From NCBI GenBank assembly GCA_964621525.1, contig CAZUMS010000011.1:587-64586 (forward strand): a stretch of 64,000 bases of DNA, written 5' to 3'. Made by a program: the position numbers and the translations under genes. This DNA comes from an uncultured bacterium. Its GTDB lineage: Bacteria; JAGRBM01; JAHCIT01. The notes under the pieces are model-generated. The model was given only the letters and a program-made list of their open reading frames with translations, searched no databases and was not told the origin of the DNA. Numbering within the stretch: the first letter of the stretch is position 1; the number at the start of each line of letters is the position of its first letter. Below, one piece after another: positions 63,297 to 64,000 of this stretch.

Positions 63297-64000
63297 ATGT
63301 CGTATCTCGTTCTCGCCCGCAAATACCGGCCCCAGACATTCGAAGAGATCGTCGGGCAGGAGCACGTCACCCGCACGCTCCAGAGCGCCATCCGCCTGAA
63401 CCGCGTCGCGCATGCCTACATGTTCTCGGGCTCGCGCGGCACGGGAAAGACCTCCATCGCCCGAATCTTCGCCAAGGCGATCAACTGCCTGAAGAACCGC
63501 GAGGGCACACCCTGCAACGAGTGCGAATCGTGCACCGAGATCACCCGCTCGGCAGGGGTGGACGTCATCGAGCTCGACGCCGCCTCGAACCGCGGCAAGG
63601 AAGACGCCGAGCAGCTCCGGGAGTCCGCCCGCTTCGCGCCGGCCAGGGGCCGCTACAAGATATTCATCATCGACGAGGCGCACATGCTCACGGCGGAGGC
63701 CTCGAATGCCCTCCTCAAGATCCTCGAGGAGCCGCCGCCGCACGTCATCTTCATGTTCGCCACGACCGAAGCCCACAAGATGCTGGAGACGATCCGCTCC
63801 CGGTGCCAGCGGTTCCAGTTCCGGCGGCTCTCGGTGCAGCAGCAGGTGGCGCAGCTCGACAAGGTGACGAAGGCCGAGGGCCTGAAGTTCGAGACCGAGG
63901 CGCTCAAGATCATTTCGCGCGAGTCGCAGGGCGGCATGCGCGATTCGCTCGCCCTCGTGGACCTCGTGACGTCTTCCATCGCCGACGCCTCGAAGACGGT
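63297..64000 (+). CDS. dnaX: DNA polymerase III gamma/tau subunit, 3' truncated by window edge
   Basis: Translated by hand: MSYLVLARKYRPQTFEEIVGQEHV, GSRGTGKTS, PCNECESC, ELDAASNRG, IIDEAHML, IRSRCQ. Missing from the ORF track because it has no stop. Confidence 0.96.
   Translation, partial: MSYLVLARKYRPQTFEEIVGQEHVTRTLQSAIRLNRVAHAYMFSGSRGTGKTSIARIFAKAINCLKNREGTPCNECESCTEITRSAGVDVIELDAASNRGKEDAEQLRESARFAPARGRYKIFIIDEAHMLTAEASNALLKILEEPPPHVIFMFATTEAHKMLETIRSRCQRFQFRRLSVQQQVAQLDKVTKAEGLKFETEALKIISRESQGGMRDSLALVDLVTSSIADASKT

Noticed and set aside
49150-64000. Apparent rise in GC content from about 49 kb as an assembly chimera or island
   Set aside because: Judged by eye only. Similar high-GC stretches occur earlier (27.6-29.4 kb), the segment holds core genes (pyk, ffs, dnaX), and no junction feature is visible. 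A sliding-window GC or tetranucleotide plot would be needed.
63297-64000. Programmed frameshift in dnaX
   Set aside because: The gene is cut by the window edge before the region where such signals occur.

Overview
A 64-kb bacterial chromosomal window, mostly high-GC. Gene content (ISC operon with HscAB/Fdx, many receiver-domain and NtrC-type regulators, a Zn-finger ParA) suggests a deltaproteobacteria-like (Myxococcota/Bdellovibrionota-type) organism; that placement is inference only. Order: Rrf2-iscS-iscU-iscA-hscB-hscA-fdx; Wzm/Wzt ABC exporter plus methyltransferase; two-component genes; RND efflux pair; FMN-binding protein-ApbE-membrane protein operon; ABC transporter plus DUF3299; Crp/Fnr, PAS kinase, NtrC; a lipid/CoA metabolism block (acyl-CoA dehydrogenase, MaoC, UbiB/ABC1 kinases, ICL/PEP mutase family, enoyl-CoA hydratase, SDR, TetR, ferritin-like protein); msrPQ; MscS; HEAT-repeat lipoproteins; ParA plus RHH partner; an AT-rich island; an MNT-HEPN pair; pyk; bcp; an orphan DNA methyltransferase; SRP RNA (ffs); and the 5' part of dnaX. 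The strongest candidate for an undescribed system is the translationally coupled three-gene operon at 53.4-57.4 kb: DGQHR protein, large HEPN-like protein and N6-adenine DNA methyltransferase. It is preceded by two tandem structured RNA-like elements with compensatory base changes. Other notable items are a PLP-aminotransferase-fold pseudoenzyme with R/G-rich disordered tails, a candidate sRNA or attenuator before dedA, and an HscB whose Zn-finger lies upstream of any canonical start codon. No CRISPR array, tRNA, rRNA or transposase was found. All family assignments are from motif recognition, not database searches.
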